The notes under the pieces are model-generated. The model made no database searches and was not told the DNA's origin. It was given only the letters and a program-made list of their open reading frames with translations. A stretch of 64,000 bases of DNA from Beijerinckiaceae bacterium (GTDB lineage: Bacteria; Pseudomonadota; Alphaproteobacteria; Rhizobiales; Beijerinckiaceae), in contig JBIKVP010000001.1 in the NCBI GenBank assembly GCA_044356745.1, positions 14,714-78,713 on the forward strand, read 5' to 3'. Each line of letters begins with the position of its first letter. Position 1 is the first letter of the stretch. Below, in pieces: positions 47,302 through 57,557 of the stretch. Made by a program: the position numbers and the translations under genes.

Positions 47302-48873
47302 ATGTCCTCCTCACAGCCCCCCATGATATCACCACGCGATTTGAACCGCGTCATTATCTTTGACACGACTTTACGTGACGGAGAGCAATCTCCGGGTGCA
47401 ACAATGACACTTGATGAGAAAATTGAAGTTGCTGAATTGCTTGATCGTATGGGTGTCGATGTCATTGAGGCAGGATTTCCGATTGCATCTAATGGCGATT
47501 TTGAAGCTGTCTCAGAAATTGCCTCACGCATTAAAAAAGCAACCGTTTGCGGCTTGGCACGAGCCGGCGATAAAGACATTGATCGGGCGGGAGAAGCCCT
47601 TAAAAAGGCAAAGCGTGGACGTATTCACACGTTCATTTCGACATCAGCCCTGCATATGAAATACAAATTGCAAAAATCTCCTGATGAAGTTTTGGAGATG
47701 GTGATCCGCTCCGTCACACGTGCACGCAATCATGTGGAAGATGTCGAATGGTCAGCAGAAGATGGCACACGCACAGAACATGATTTTTTATGTCGCTGTG
47801 TAGAAGCAGCCATTAAGGCGGGAGCAGCAACAATTAATATTCCTGATACAGTTGGATATACCGTGCCAGAGGAATATTTTAACCTGATTACAATGTTACG
47901 CAACAGCGTCCCAAACAGTGATAAAGCAATTTTTTCAGTACATTGTCATGATGATCTGGGCATGGCCGTGGCAAATTCCCTTGCAGGGGTTAGAGCCGGC
48001 GCCCGACAGATTGAATGCACGATTAACGGTATTGGCGAGCGTGCAGGCAATGCGGCTCTAGAAGAGGTCGTGATGGCCATGCGCACCCGTCATGATGCGA
48101 TGCCTTTCACAACGGGAATTGAAACAACGCTTCTGACCAAAGCCTCAAAACTTGTCTCGTCAGCAACCTCATTCCCCGTGCAGTATAACAAGGCGATTGT
48201 CGGGCGTAATGCATTTGCTCATGAGAGCGGCATTCATCAAGACGGTATGCTCAAAAATACGCAGACATATGAAATCATGACACCTGAAAGCGTGGGCGTA
48301 TCAAAGACATCGCTTGTGATGGGCAAACATTCTGGACGTAATGCGTTTCGCGCGCGTTTATCAGAATTGGGATACGCACTCAATGACAATCAGCTTGATG
48401 AGGCGTTTGTGCGCTTTAAAGAGCTTGCCGATCAGAAGAAAGAGATTTTCGATGAAGATCTTGAAGCGTTGGTTGATGAAAATCTGGCGACAGCTAAAGA
48501 TCGTATGAAAGTGCTTTCCTTGCTTGTTGTCGCAGGCACGATGGGGCCACAGATTACAACATTGACTCTGGAAATTGATGGTATTCATAAAACAGTTCAG
48601 GCACAGGGCAATGGCCCAGTCGATTCCACTTTTAACGCCATTAAAGCACTTGTGCCTCATGACGCGAGGCTTGAGCTTTATCAGGTTCATGCGGTGACAC
48701 AAGGCACGGATGCACAGGCAGAAGTGTCTGTGCGTTTAAGCGAAAACGGTAAAATGGTGACAGGAAAAGCCGCTCACCCTGATACTCTCGTCGCATCGGC
48801 AAAAGCATATTTATCTGCGCTCAATAAATTATTGCTCAAGCGTGATAAATTGCACGCCCATGCGGCAGAATAA
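47302..48873 (+). CDS. leuA: 2-isopropylmalate synthase
   Basis: 523 aa. [30 protein letters not shown] and a C-terminal LeuA dimerisation/regulatory domain. Confidence 0.95.
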   Translation: MSSSQPPMISPRDLNRVIIFDTTLRDGEQSPGATMTLDEKIEVAELLDRMGVDVIEAGFPIASNGDFEAVSEIASRIKKATVCGLARAGDKDIDRAGEALKKAKRGRIHTFISTSALHMKYKLQKSPDEVLEMVIRSVTRARNHVEDVEWSAEDGTRTEHDFLCRCVEAAIKAGAATINIPDTVGYTVPEEYFNLITMLRNSVPNSDKAIFSVHCHDDLGMAVANSLAGVRAGARQIECTINGIGERAGNAALEEVVMAMRTRHDAMPFTTGIETTLLTKASKLVSSATSFPVQYNKAIVGRNAFAHESGIHQDGMLKNTQTYEIMTPESVGVSKTSLVMGKHSGRNAFRARLSELGYALNDNQLDEAFVRFKELADQKKEIFDEDLEALVDENLATAKDRMKVLSLLVVAGTMGPQITTLTLEIDGIHKTVQAQGNGPVDSTFNAIKALVPHDARLELYQVHAVTQGTDAQAEVSVRLSENGKMVTGKAAHPDTLVASAKAYLSALNKLLLKRDKLHAHAAE

Positions 48874-48901
48874 TTTTTAAAGTACGCTTGAGGGTCAGAT
48901 T

Positions 48902-49471
48902 GTGGGAGCAGCGAAACAGCGTAAATTAGCAGGAGCGCGCATCAGTTACTGCCGCTCATGCACCTTATGCTGCACGCTTCCCACGATAGAAGCGCTTAAT
49001 AAACCTGCTTACCAACCCTGCTGCCATCTCAAAGATTCAGGCTGCGCTTTATTCGGTCATGAAGCACGCCCTCAAACATGCATCGCTTACACATGCGCTT
49101 ACCTGAGTAAACGTTTGGGCGAAACGATTGCTCTTGAGGGTACACACGATGTGCCTCACCCTAGTGATTGCGGTGCATATTTTCACATTCATACAACACA
49201 CAATCAAACACATGAGAAAACGATTTTTGTCTTCGTTGACCCCGCTAAGCCAGAGCGCTGGAAACAATCACGCCTGATTGACATCTTCCGCCTTGCCCTC
49301 ACACAAGGCATCAGCCTTTTTATTACAGATCGTGGACGCACGATGTTGATTAAACAACCCCATATTTTTGAAGGCGTTTTAACACAGGATATGGTAGATT
49401 ATGCAGATCGTGAAGGACATCCGCGTGATATTCCTTCCTATGATCCAGCAACCTTAAGCAGCAGCCTGTGA
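48902..49471 (+). CDS. YkgJ-like cysteine-cluster (CxxCxxCC) protein
   Basis: 189 aa with a GTG start. The N-terminal YCRSCTLCCT motif plus further Cys pairs is typical of the zinc/iron-chelating UPF0153 family. Confidence 0.6.
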   Translation: MGAAKQRKLAGARISYCRSCTLCCTLPTIEALNKPAYQPCCHLKDSGCALFGHEARPQTCIAYTCAYLSKRLGETIALEGTHDVPHPSDCGAYFHIHTTHNQTHEKTIFVFVDPAKPERWKQSRLIDIFRLALTQGISLFITDRGRTMLIKQPHIFEGVLTQDMVDYADREGHPRDIPSYDPATLSSSL

Positions 49472-50395
49472 ATGCGTCCAAAGCGATTGCGCGCTAAAAG
49501 TGCAGGTTCCATTGATCGACTCATGAGGGCGATAACGATGGATTACATGGCTTAAATGCGCCCCATGAAGTGGATGTATGACGACTTCAAAGATGAGATA
49601 ACCCGCCAACCGATGCGATATTTTTAAACGGGGTGAGGCCGACGCTGATGAAACGCCAAAAATCGGAATTTGCCCATTTTTACCTTCTCGCCATGTGATT
49701 TTCGTTCGGTGATCATGACCATGTAGCACAAGCTCAGCGCCAGCTTCTTTAAGCATGGCTTCAAAGCGTCCTGCATCTGTTAAACCTCGAGCTTTTGAAA
49801 TACCAGTAAAAGGTGGATGATGGATCATCACAACGCGGAACAATCCTTCATGTTTAAGTTGCATGAGAAGATCAGTTGCAAGCATGATCTGCTCATGACC
49901 CAGTGTACCGTTCGCAATGAAAGGGGCGGTAGGGCGCGCTGATGACAGGCCAATAAATGCAATAGATCCACGTCTTTTAACGTACGGGAAAGATGCATTG
50001 GATTGCAGCACATCATCCCCGCGCATCCAGTCACCGATATGTCGGAGTAAGCCATCGAGTGCTCCCTTAACATACGCATCATGATTGCCGGGGACACAGC
50101 TCACACGAAGGGGTGATCCCAAACGCTCTAAAAAATGTTTTGCTGGTGCAAATTCACCCGCTAAGCCAATGTTAGCGATGTCACCCGTACACACAATGTG
50201 ATCGACATTTTGATGTGCTAAATCCCGCATCACCTCATCAAGCACCACCATACTGTGACTACCTGCGCGGTTGCGTCTGTAATTGAGATAACCTGTCAGA
50301 CGCTTACTCGCCAAATCCTTCAAGCGCACAGTCGGCAAAGGCCCCAAATGTGGATCAGACAAATGGGCAATGCGAAAAACCGTTTCAACCATCAT
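49454..50395 (-). CDS. metallophosphoesterase
   Basis: 313 aa. Calcineurin-like motifs DPHLG, GDIANIG, GNHD, IHHPP and GHDH. Confidence 0.8.
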   Translation of the reverse strand: MMVETVFRIAHLSDPHLGPLPTVRLKDLASKRLTGYLNYRRNRAGSHSMVVLDEVMRDLAHQNVDHIVCTGDIANIGLAGEFAPAKHFLERLGSPLRVSCVPGNHDAYVKGALDGLLRHIGDWMRGDDVLQSNASFPYVKRRGSIAFIGLSSARPTAPFIANGTLGHEQIMLATDLLMQLKHEGLFRVVMIHHPPFTGISKARGLTDAGRFEAMLKEAGAELVLHGHDHRTKITWREGKNGQIPIFGVSSASASPRLKISHRLAGYLIFEVVIHPLHGAHLSHVIHRYRPHESINGTCTFSAQSLWTHSQAAA

Positions 50396-50413
50396 AAGAG
50401 CCCATTAAAGCAG

Positions 50414-51385
50414 CTAAGCGCTACCGATAAAAATTCCTGCCAAGAGCACGAGAACACCGCCTAGAATCACTTGATAAGCGGCTTGAAGAAAAGGTGTATC
50501 CATGTATTTGGTGCGTATCCACGAAATCGCAACCAATTCAACAGCAACAACAATAACGGCAAGGATCGTTGCAATCAAAAATGCATTGGGCACAGAGTCT
50601 GGGATGAGATATGGCAAGGTATGCCCTACCCCGCCAACGGTGGTCATGACGCCACACACAACGCCACGCAGCCAAGGTGAACCGCGTCCTGTAATACGCC
50701 CATCATCAGAAAGCGCTTCAGTCAGACCCATACTGATACCAGCACCAACCGACGCAGCCATACTGATCACAAATGTTTCCCAATTGCTTTTTGTTGCAAA
50801 AGCCGCCGCAAATAAAGGCGCAAGCGTTGATACGGAACCGTCGATTAAACCCGCAAGACCAGGCTGCACATATTGTAATACAAAAAGGCGATGCCGCACT
50901 TCCTCTTCTTCAGTGCGCGCAGATTCTGTGAGATGCTCATCTCTCAGTACGCCCGCTTTACGTTCATGAGAACGTTCAGCCTCTGCAAGTGTCGTTAAAA
51001 GGTGGCGTACTGAAACATCGCGTGATTGTGATGCTGCCTGTTCATAAAAATTGGCGGCTTGAAGCTCCATCACTTCCGCTTCTTGACGCATCGCATCAAG
51101 GGTTAATGTTGCCTGCATCCAGATTGGACGGCGCTTTAAAAATCCACGCACGTCTTCGCGGCGAATAGGAGGGAGATATTCACCGAACTTATCTTGATAA
51201 AGCGCATAAAGGCTGTTGCGATGCGTACGCTCTTCGTCGGCCATATCATCAAAAATAGCGGCGGAGCGAGGATAACTCTCACGTAACCGATCTGCAAAAT
51301 TGTGATATATCCGCGCATCTTCCTCTTCAGCCGATATGGCGAGCGCAAGAACCTCTTGCTCTGTTAACTCATGGAGTTTTTTCAT
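50414..51385 (-). CDS. mbfA: erythrin-VIT1 fusion (membrane-bound ferritin-like iron exporter, MbfA-type)
   Basis: 323 aa. N-terminal four-helix ferritin-like domain with ExxH pairs (EERTHRNS, AERSHERK) fused to a C-terminal CCC1/VIT1 membrane domain. Confidence 0.8.
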   Translation of the reverse strand: MKKLHELTEQEVLALAISAEEEDARIYHNFADRLRESYPRSAAIFDDMADEERTHRNSLYALYQDKFGEYLPPIRREDVRGFLKRRPIWMQATLTLDAMRQEAEVMELQAANFYEQAASQSRDVSVRHLLTTLAEAERSHERKAGVLRDEHLTESARTEEEEVRHRLFVLQYVQPGLAGLIDGSVSTLAPLFAAAFATKSNWETFVISMAASVGAGISMGLTEALSDDGRITGRGSPWLRGVVCGVMTTVGGVGHTLPYLIPDSVPNAFLIATILAVIVVAVELVAISWIRTKYMDTPFLQAAYQVILGGVLVLLAGIFIGSA

Positions 51386-51435
51386 GAGACACCATTTTTC
51401 TAAACGCGAAACAAAACAATCGCCCCTTAGTCTGT

Positions 51436-53025
51436 TTACGGTCTCAACGTTGGAACGGACTTGGACGAATTAAGGTCAAACGTTTTATTGAGCAAAGGAT
51501 CTTTATTTGTACCTTCAACAGCTTCTGCGGCAGTGCGTGCAGCAGGAGAGCGATTTGGTTCACGTATTGCATTTTCAACGGGTATAGAGGTTTGAGATGA
51601 ACCGCTATTTTGAGGTGTTTGTGTTAAGGGCAACATAGGAACCGGCTTATTAATCTGATTTTGGTTTTTTGAAAGATCCTCCGCTCCTGTGCGTTCAGAA
51701 GGACGCACAGATTGTGTTGTCGGGCGATCTATCCCCGTTGCCCCCGTTTCAGCTTTAGGCTCAGCTTTCGGCAATGCAGGAACAGGTTGTGGTGAAGCAG
51801 GAGGCGCAACCATATTTTCACGTGAGGGAGAAACAGCGACAGGCTCATTTGGCGCATCGACGCTTTCGACGCGATCATTGGTCGCGCCACCATCACGCCG
51901 CGACGCTTCAATTTGTCGCCACTTCGCGACGTTACGTTGATGCTGCTCATATGTTTCAGCAAACACATGCCCCCCCGTGCCATCAGCAACGAAAAACAGA
52001 TCACGGGTACGCGAAGGGTTTGCGACCGCTTCAAGCGATGCTCTTCCCGGGTTAGCAATGGGGCCAGGGGGCAAACCGTCAATCGTATACGTATTGTAAG
52101 CGGTCGGCGTTTGAATTTCACTGCGTAAAATGCCACGCCCCAGCGTGCCCTTACCACCCACTATGCCGTAAACAATGGTTGGATCCGACTGCAAACGCAT
52201 CCGCTTTTGTAAACGGTTGATGAAAACACCCGCAACCCGCGTGCGCTCATCGGCTTTACCTGTTTCCTTTTCAACAATTGATGCAAGTGTGACCAGCTCT
52301 GTAGCAGTCTTAATGGGAAGATCAGGGCTGCGACGTACCCATATATCGTTTAAAATTCTCTTTTGCGCCTGAGCCATCATGGCGAGAATTTGCTCACGCG
52401 AGGTGCCACGTTGAACTTTATAAGTATCTGGAAGCAGAGACCCCTCGCGAGGAATTTCACGCACTTCACCCATCAAGATGTCAGAGTCAACCAAACGAGC
52501 GACAATCTGTTCACTCGTAAGCCCTTCAGGCAAAGTGATAGTGTGTAAAATTGCTTTACCCTCTACCAGTGTCTCAATCACAGATGATAGGCTTGCCCGT
52601 GCTCTAAATTGATATTCTCCAGCCTTCAAACGTAAGCCTCGGGTGTAAACAGCACCTATAAAAACATAAGGGTATGAGATTACCCCTTCACGACGCAGTG
52701 TATCTGCCACCTCTTCAGTACCGTCCCCTTTATTAATAAGAACAATTTTATCAGCGGTTAAGGGGCCAGGCTCTTGGAGTTGGCGTTGCACAAATACAAT
52801 CAAGCCAATAATGGCAAGAAGACCGAACATCAGCACACTCAGCGCCGCGCTTAAAGAGGCTACAAAACCACCACGACGGCGTTTTTTTTGAGGAGGAGGA
52901 GCTGGAGCAATCATCGGTTTAAGAGCCTCACTGGGACTACGTGGCGCAAGACGTGGCGCAGTTGAAGAGAGCGATGTTGAAGCAGACACCACAGAAGTAG
53001 CCCCCGTTTGACGCGGCTCCTTCAT
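51436..53025 (-). CDS. mltG: endolytic murein transglycosylase MltG (YceG) with a long disordered C-terminal tail
   Basis: 529 aa. N-terminal cytoplasmic stretch plus a TM helix, a YceG core (ITLPEGLTSEQI...ASIVEKETG...PGPIANPG...FFVADGTGGHVFAETYEQH), then ~140 aa of P/S/T/A/N-rich sequence. Confidence 0.85.
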   Translation of the reverse strand: MKEPRQTGATSVVSASTSLSSTAPRLAPRSPSEALKPMIAPAPPPQKKRRRGGFVASLSAALSVLMFGLLAIIGLIVFVQRQLQEPGPLTADKIVLINKGDGTEEVADTLRREGVISYPYVFIGAVYTRGLRLKAGEYQFRARASLSSVIETLVEGKAILHTITLPEGLTSEQIVARLVDSDILMGEVREIPREGSLLPDTYKVQRGTSREQILAMMAQAQKRILNDIWVRRSPDLPIKTATELVTLASIVEKETGKADERTRVAGVFINRLQKRMRLQSDPTIVYGIVGGKGTLGRGILRSEIQTPTAYNTYTIDGLPPGPIANPGRASLEAVANPSRTRDLFFVADGTGGHVFAETYEQHQRNVAKWRQIEASRRDGGATNDRVESVDAPNEPVAVSPSRENMVAPPASPQPVPALPKAEPKAETGATGIDRPTTQSVRPSERTGAEDLSKNQNQINKPVPMLPLTQTPQNSGSSQTSIPVENAIREPNRSPAARTAAEAVEGTNKDPLLNKTFDLNSSKSVPTLRP

Positions 53026-53067
53026 GTACTGATCCTCCCTGAACGACTCAACGATAGTGATTGTAGG

Positions 53068-54327
53068 CTAAACTCTTTGAAAAACCAAAGATGCGTTCGT
53101 CCCCCCAAATCCAAATGAGTTTGATAAAACAACATCAATAGAATGTTTTTTTGCAATATGTGGAACTAAGTCAATCTGTGTTTCAACAGACGGTTGGTCT
53201 AAGTTAAGCGTTGGCGGCACGACGCTATCGCGCATTGCAAGAATTGAAAAAATTGCTTCAACAGCTCCCGCAGCACCCAGTAAATGACCAATTGAAGACT
53301 TTGTTGATGACATTTTTACACGCACCACATTACCATCAAGAAGACGCTCCACCGCGCGCAGTTCAATTTCATCACCTAAAGGGGTCGATGTGCCATGTGC
53401 ATTAATATAATCAATGTGATTTGATGTCAGTCCTGCTCGCTTGAGCGCTGCTTTCATACACCGATAAGCACCATCCCCATCTTCAGCGGGTGATGTAATG
53501 TGATAAGCATCTCCTGAAAGCCCATATCCCACGAGTTCCGCATAAATTTTTGCACCGCGAGCTTTTGCATGCTCATACTCTTCAAGCACGACTACACCCG
53601 CCCCCTCACCCATCACAAATCCATCGCGATCTTTATCATAAGGACGTGATGCCTGTTCAGGACGATCATTGTAACCTGTTGAAAGAGCACGACACGCCGC
53701 AAAACCTGCAACTGATAAACGATTGAGGGGCGATTCTGTTCCGCCCGCTACCATCACATCAGCATCACCCAGCGCAATGAGGCGTCCCGCATCACCAATC
53801 GCATGTGCACCTGTCGAACACGCCGTAACAACTGAATGGTTGGGTCCTTTAAGGCCGTGCTCAATGGAGACATAGCCCGAAGCAAGATTAATAATCCGCC
53901 CAGGAATAAAAAATGGCGAAACACGGCGTGGCCCCTTTTCTATGAGCGTGGCTGAAGCCTCATAAATTCCCCCGATGCCCCCAATGCCAGAGCCGATCAG
54001 TACACCCGACGCATTTTGCTCATCGGGTGTTTTTGGATGCCAATTCGCATCATTCAAAGCCTGTTTGGCAGCAGCAAGGGCGTAAATGATAAAAGGATCA
54101 ACTTTGCGTTGATCTTTGGGATCCATCCAATGATCCGCATTAAATGTACCATGCGTTCCATCGCCACGTGGGATAGAGCAACCAATCTGACAAGCCAGAT
54201 CAGATGCTTCAAAAGCGGTGAGAGCTGATGCGCCACTGTGACCCGCAATTAAACGCTGCCACGTCTCATCAACACCACATCCAAGCGGCGAAACAATCCC
54301 TAAACCTGTGACAACAACCCTACGCAT
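53068..54327 (-). CDS. fabF: beta-ketoacyl-ACP synthase II
   Basis: ORF 53068..54336. Start set at ATG 54327 (MRRVVVTGLG). Active-site ACSTGAH, with HGTSTP and GHLLGAAG motifs. Confidence 0.95.
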   Translation of the reverse strand: MRRVVVTGLGIVSPLGCGVDETWQRLIAGHSGASALTAFEASDLACQIGCSIPRGDGTHGTFNADHWMDPKDQRKVDPFIIYALAAAKQALNDANWHPKTPDEQNASGVLIGSGIGGIGGIYEASATLIEKGPRRVSPFFIPGRIINLASGYVSIEHGLKGPNHSVVTACSTGAHAIGDAGRLIALGDADVMVAGGTESPLNRLSVAGFAACRALSTGYNDRPEQASRPYDKDRDGFVMGEGAGVVVLEEYEHAKARGAKIYAELVGYGLSGDAYHITSPAEDGDGAYRCMKAALKRAGLTSNHIDYINAHGTSTPLGDEIELRAVERLLDGNVVRVKMSSTKSSIGHLLGAAGAVEAIFSILAMRDSVVPPTLNLDQPSVETQIDLVPHIAKKHSIDVVLSNSFGFGGTNASLVFQRV

Positions 54328-54488
54328 CGGCAACAATCTCGTTCGCTTTACGATCTAACGACATGCCCATAAATGACACATCTTAGACCCCAACATCCGG
54401 TAAGACGAACGGTCACAAGCTGTCTCGGCATGAGAGCAAAACAGCGCACAGACGATGATAAGACACCTGCGCGATGATATGGCAAGCG

Positions 54489-54725
54489 TCAGGCTGCGCT
54501 TTTTTGCAAGAACTTAATCGCATCACCAACTGTGACGATTGTTTCTGCAGCATCATCGGGAATTTCAACACCGAACTCTTCTTCGAATGCCATCACCAGC
54601 TCGACTGTGTCCAAGCTGTCCGCGCCCAGATCGTCAATAAAATTGGCGTTGTCCGAGACTTTCTCAGCATCAACACCCAGGTGTTCGATCACAATTTTCT
54701 TTACGCGTTCAGCCACGTCACTCAT
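54489..54725 (-). CDS. acpP: acyl carrier protein
   Basis: 78 aa with the [20 protein letters not shown] phosphopantetheine site. Confidence 0.97.
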   Translation of the reverse strand: MSDVAERVKKIVIEHLGVDAEKVSDNANFIDDLGADSLDTVELVMAFEEEFGVEIPDDAAETIVTVGDAIKFLQKSAA

Positions 54726-54929
54726 GATTTAATCCTTCTAATCACTATATACAACACTCTATCATCAACACCTCTTTGAGGGATTTCAGATACAAGCGCC
54801 ACGCTTTTTACACATATTGCTCTTTGAGAACAATCTTATTTGCGCATTTTCTGCACTAACACACTGATAAACATGTGACGAGGGTCTATCATGTTTTTTT
54901 AACGTTGTTTTCCACTGTTAAAACAGGTT

Positions 54930-55667
54930 TTAAATCATCGTCATGCCGCCGTTAACATGAAGCGTTGCTCCCGTCACGTATCCTGCTTCATTTGAGGCTA
55001 AATAAACGGCAGCGGCGGCGATATCATCCCCTTTACCCAAACAACCCATCGGTACATCGTTAAGGATGCTTTCTTTTTGCTTATCATTAAGAACATCGGT
55101 CATGGGCGATTCGATAAAACCAGGCGCGATACAGTTGACTGTAATCCCGCGTGAAGCCACTTCTGCAGCCAGAGACTTTGACATCCCAATCAAGCCAGCT
55201 TTCGATGCAGCATAGTTGGCCTGCCCAGGGTTGCCCGCAATCCCAACAACCGATGTAACCGTAATGATTCGCCCAAATCGGCGACGCATCATGTTTTTAA
55301 CCGCAGCGCGCGTGAGACGAAAAGCCGCAGTTAAATTGACTGCGATCACTTTATCCCATTCATCATCTTTCATGCGTATAAAGAGATTGTCACGCGTTAA
55401 TCCTGCATTGTTGACGAGAATATCAAGCCCCTCCATCGCAGATTCTGCAGCTGGAATAAGCTCTTCCGTTGAGGCCGCATCCGATAAATCAGCACTCACC
55501 ACATGCACACGTTCCCCAAGATCCGTGCTGAGCGCATCCAGTGCATCACGGCGCGTGCCTGATAAAGTGACAACAGCCCCTTGTGCATGAAGCGCCCGCG
55601 CAATGGCTTGTCCAAGACCACCGCTCGCACCTGTAACGAGCGCTTTCTTTCCGCTTAAATCAAACAT
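54930..55667 (-). CDS. fabG: 3-oxoacyl-ACP reductase
   Basis: ORF 54930..55712. Start set at ATG 55667 (MFDLSGKKALVTGASGGLG), 7 nt after ggag. SDR motif YAASKAG. Confidence 0.95.
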   Translation of the reverse strand: MFDLSGKKALVTGASGGLGQAIARALHAQGAVVTLSGTRRDALDALSTDLGERVHVVSADLSDAASTEELIPAAESAMEGLDILVNNAGLTRDNLFIRMKDDEWDKVIAVNLTAAFRLTRAAVKNMMRRRFGRIITVTSVVGIAGNPGQANYAASKAGLIGMSKSLAAEVASRGITVNCIAPGFIESPMTDVLNDKQKESILNDVPMGCLGKGDDIAAAAVYLASNEAGYVTGATLHVNGGMTMI

Positions 55668-55899
55668 GATATGCTCCGCTTTTATATTTCGTATGTTTTT
55701 TAGAGCTTTCATGCGTCACAGCAAATGAAGAAGGCAAGCGCTAAATCATGCATGAGGTACGCATTAAAGAGTGGGAAAAGACGTTATCCCCGTTATTTCT
55801 ATATTCACAAGCTCAAAGCAGAAGAAAATCATTTTCTTTTGCCGTTTTTTCATGCTGTTTTCATGTGACAAACACATTTTAAAAAATAGGAGTATTGTG

Positions 55900-56322
55900 A
55901 TGCTAAAGGAATTTAAAGAATTTGCGCTCAAAGGCAACGTTGTTGATCTCGCCGTGGGTGTTATCATTGGTGCGGCATTTGGTAAAATCATTGACTCAAT
56001 CGTCGGCGATTTATTTATGCCAGTCATTGGTGCGCTCACAGGGGGCTTGGACTTCTCAAGTTACTACACAATGCTGACGGGACAAGTTTCAACAGGTGTA
56101 TCACTGGTTGAAGCGAAAAAAGCGGGCGCTGTACTCGCATGGGGTAATTTCCTCACAATTGCAGTCAATTTTGCGATTATTGCATGGATTTTGTTTATGG
56201 TCGTGAAGGGCATGAACCGTCTGAAAAAATCTGAAGCCACAAAATCTTCAGCGCCAGAAGCGCCACCCGCTGATGTGCAACTGCTAACCGAAATTCGTGA
56301 TCTACTTGCGAAAAAGGGCTAG
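55900..56322 (+). CDS. mscL: large-conductance mechanosensitive channel
   Basis: ORF 55771..56322. Start set at ATG 55900, after the SD aggag. [33 protein letters not shown]. Confidence 0.93.
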   Translation: MLKEFKEFALKGNVVDLAVGVIIGAAFGKIIDSIVGDLFMPVIGALTGGLDFSSYYTMLTGQVSTGVSLVEAKKAGAVLAWGNFLTIAVNFAIIAWILFMVVKGMNRLKKSEATKSSAPEAPPADVQLLTEIRDLLAKKG

Positions 56323-56396
56323 TGCCCTCGCCTCTATCGTCGTGGTGCTCATTGTCTTAAATCTGGCTTTGAGGACACTTATTTATACCGCAAGCA

Positions 56397-56424
56397 AAAC
56401 CATGCCCCAACGCATGGTTTTTTC
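56397..56424 (+). terminator. mscL terminator
   Basis: Stem aaaccatg/catggttt with loop ccccaacg, followed by tttt. Confidence 0.65.
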
Positions 56425-56534
56425 GCACATTGTAGCGAAAAACCAGATTCCACTTTTGCGCAACATGCTCTAAACCACGTTAAACATGGCTAAGCTGAGA
56501 GTCGCTTTGCGCGGCAACTGTGGAAGGATAACAA

Positions 56535-57557
56535 ATGCGTGCGTTAATGCTGCATGGTGATCGTGATCTTCGTTTAGAAGAGGTGGCCGCTCCTCCAGCG
56601 CCCATCAACGATGAAGTGCAAATTCAAGTCAAGGCGCTTGCACTCAATTATCTTGATGTATGGGGATTTCGTGGCATGGCATTTGCCAAACGCAAGATGC
56701 CACAAGTTGCGGGTGTTGAAGCATCTGGTGAGGTCATTGCCACAGGATCAGATGTTAAAACGCTCAAAGTCGGCGACAAGGTTGTGATGTACGGGGCGCA
56801 AATCTGTGGCACGTGTAAAGCATGTCAAGAAGGACGTGATAATCTTTGTGAAAACGTTGGCGGTATTATGGGCTTTCATTTGGATGGCTTTGCCCGTGAT
56901 GTGCTCAATCGCCCTGAGCGCTTAGTTGTAAAAGTACCCGATAGCGTCAGCTTTAACGATGCCGCTTGTGCACCCATTGGGTTTGGTACGGTTCAGCATA
57001 TGCTATTTGACAACGCCAAATTAGAGGCGGGCGAAAGCATCTTAATTCACGCTGCTGGTTCAGGTATTGGTACAGCGGCCATCAAAATGGCGAAAGCGAT
57101 TGGCTGCACTGTTTACACCACTGTCGGCGATGATGAAAAAGCAGCTAAAGCTAAAGCATTGGGCGCAGATTACGTTGTCAATTATCGCACAGAGCGTTTT
57201 GAGGGCGAAGTGCGTCAGCTCACGAAGCGTAAAGGCGTTGATGTGGTGTTTGAGCATGTGGGCGCTGACACATGGAATGGCAGCTTGTTATGCCTGAAAC
57301 GCGGTGGACGTCTCGTCACATGCGGATCAACGTCAGGTGTTTCTGTACAAATGAATCTGATGCAGCTTTTTCAGCAGCAATATCGCATTTTTGGCTCTTT
57401 TGGTTGCTCAATGCGTAACATTACGCAATCCCTTGATAAAATGGCGCTAGGCATGACGCCGGTGATTGATTCAACGTTTGCGCTCGAAGATTTCACTCAA
57501 GGGCTGGAGCGTTTAGAGAGCCGCAAGGTGTTCGGAAAAGTGGTGATTACGTTTTGA
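56535..57557 (+). CDS. zinc-binding medium-chain alcohol dehydrogenase/reductase
   Basis: 340 aa. GroES-like N-terminal domain, structural Zn loop CGTCKACQEGRDNLC and the NAD(P) motif AAGSGIGTAA. Its stop overlaps the start of the downstream acyltransferase. Confidence 0.8.
   Translation: MRALMLHGDRDLRLEEVAAPPAPINDEVQIQVKALALNYLDVWGFRGMAFAKRKMPQVAGVEASGEVIATGSDVKTLKVGDKVVMYGAQICGTCKACQEGRDNLCENVGGIMGFHLDGFARDVLNRPERLVVKVPDSVSFNDAACAPIGFGTVQHMLFDNAKLEAGESILIHAAGSGIGTAAIKMAKAIGCTVYTTVGDDEKAAKAKALGADYVVNYRTERFEGEVRQLTKRKGVDVVFEHVGADTWNGSLLCLKRGGRLVTCGSTSGVSVQMNLMQLFQQQYRIFGSFGCSMRNITQSLDKMALGMTPVIDSTFALEDFTQGLERLESRKVFGKVVITF

Noticed and set aside
50502-50969. 155-aa plus-strand ORF inside mbfA
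   Set aside because: It is antisense to the VIT1 membrane domain and is Ser/Thr/Ala/Pro-rich. It is a shadow ORF.
55771-55899. N-terminal 43-aa extension of the mscL ORF
   Set aside because: The canonical MscL N-terminus ([24 protein letters not shown]) begins at ATG 55900, directly after an AGGAG SD. The upstream in-frame stretch is AT-rich leader.
56425-56480. Sequence cgaaaaaccagattccacttttgcgcaacatgctctaaac downstream of mscL, reminiscent of a dispersed repeat seen in Rhizobiales intergenic regions
   Set aside because: It occurs only once in this window and my recollection of the family is imprecise. I cannot support it as a repeat without a genome-wide scan.
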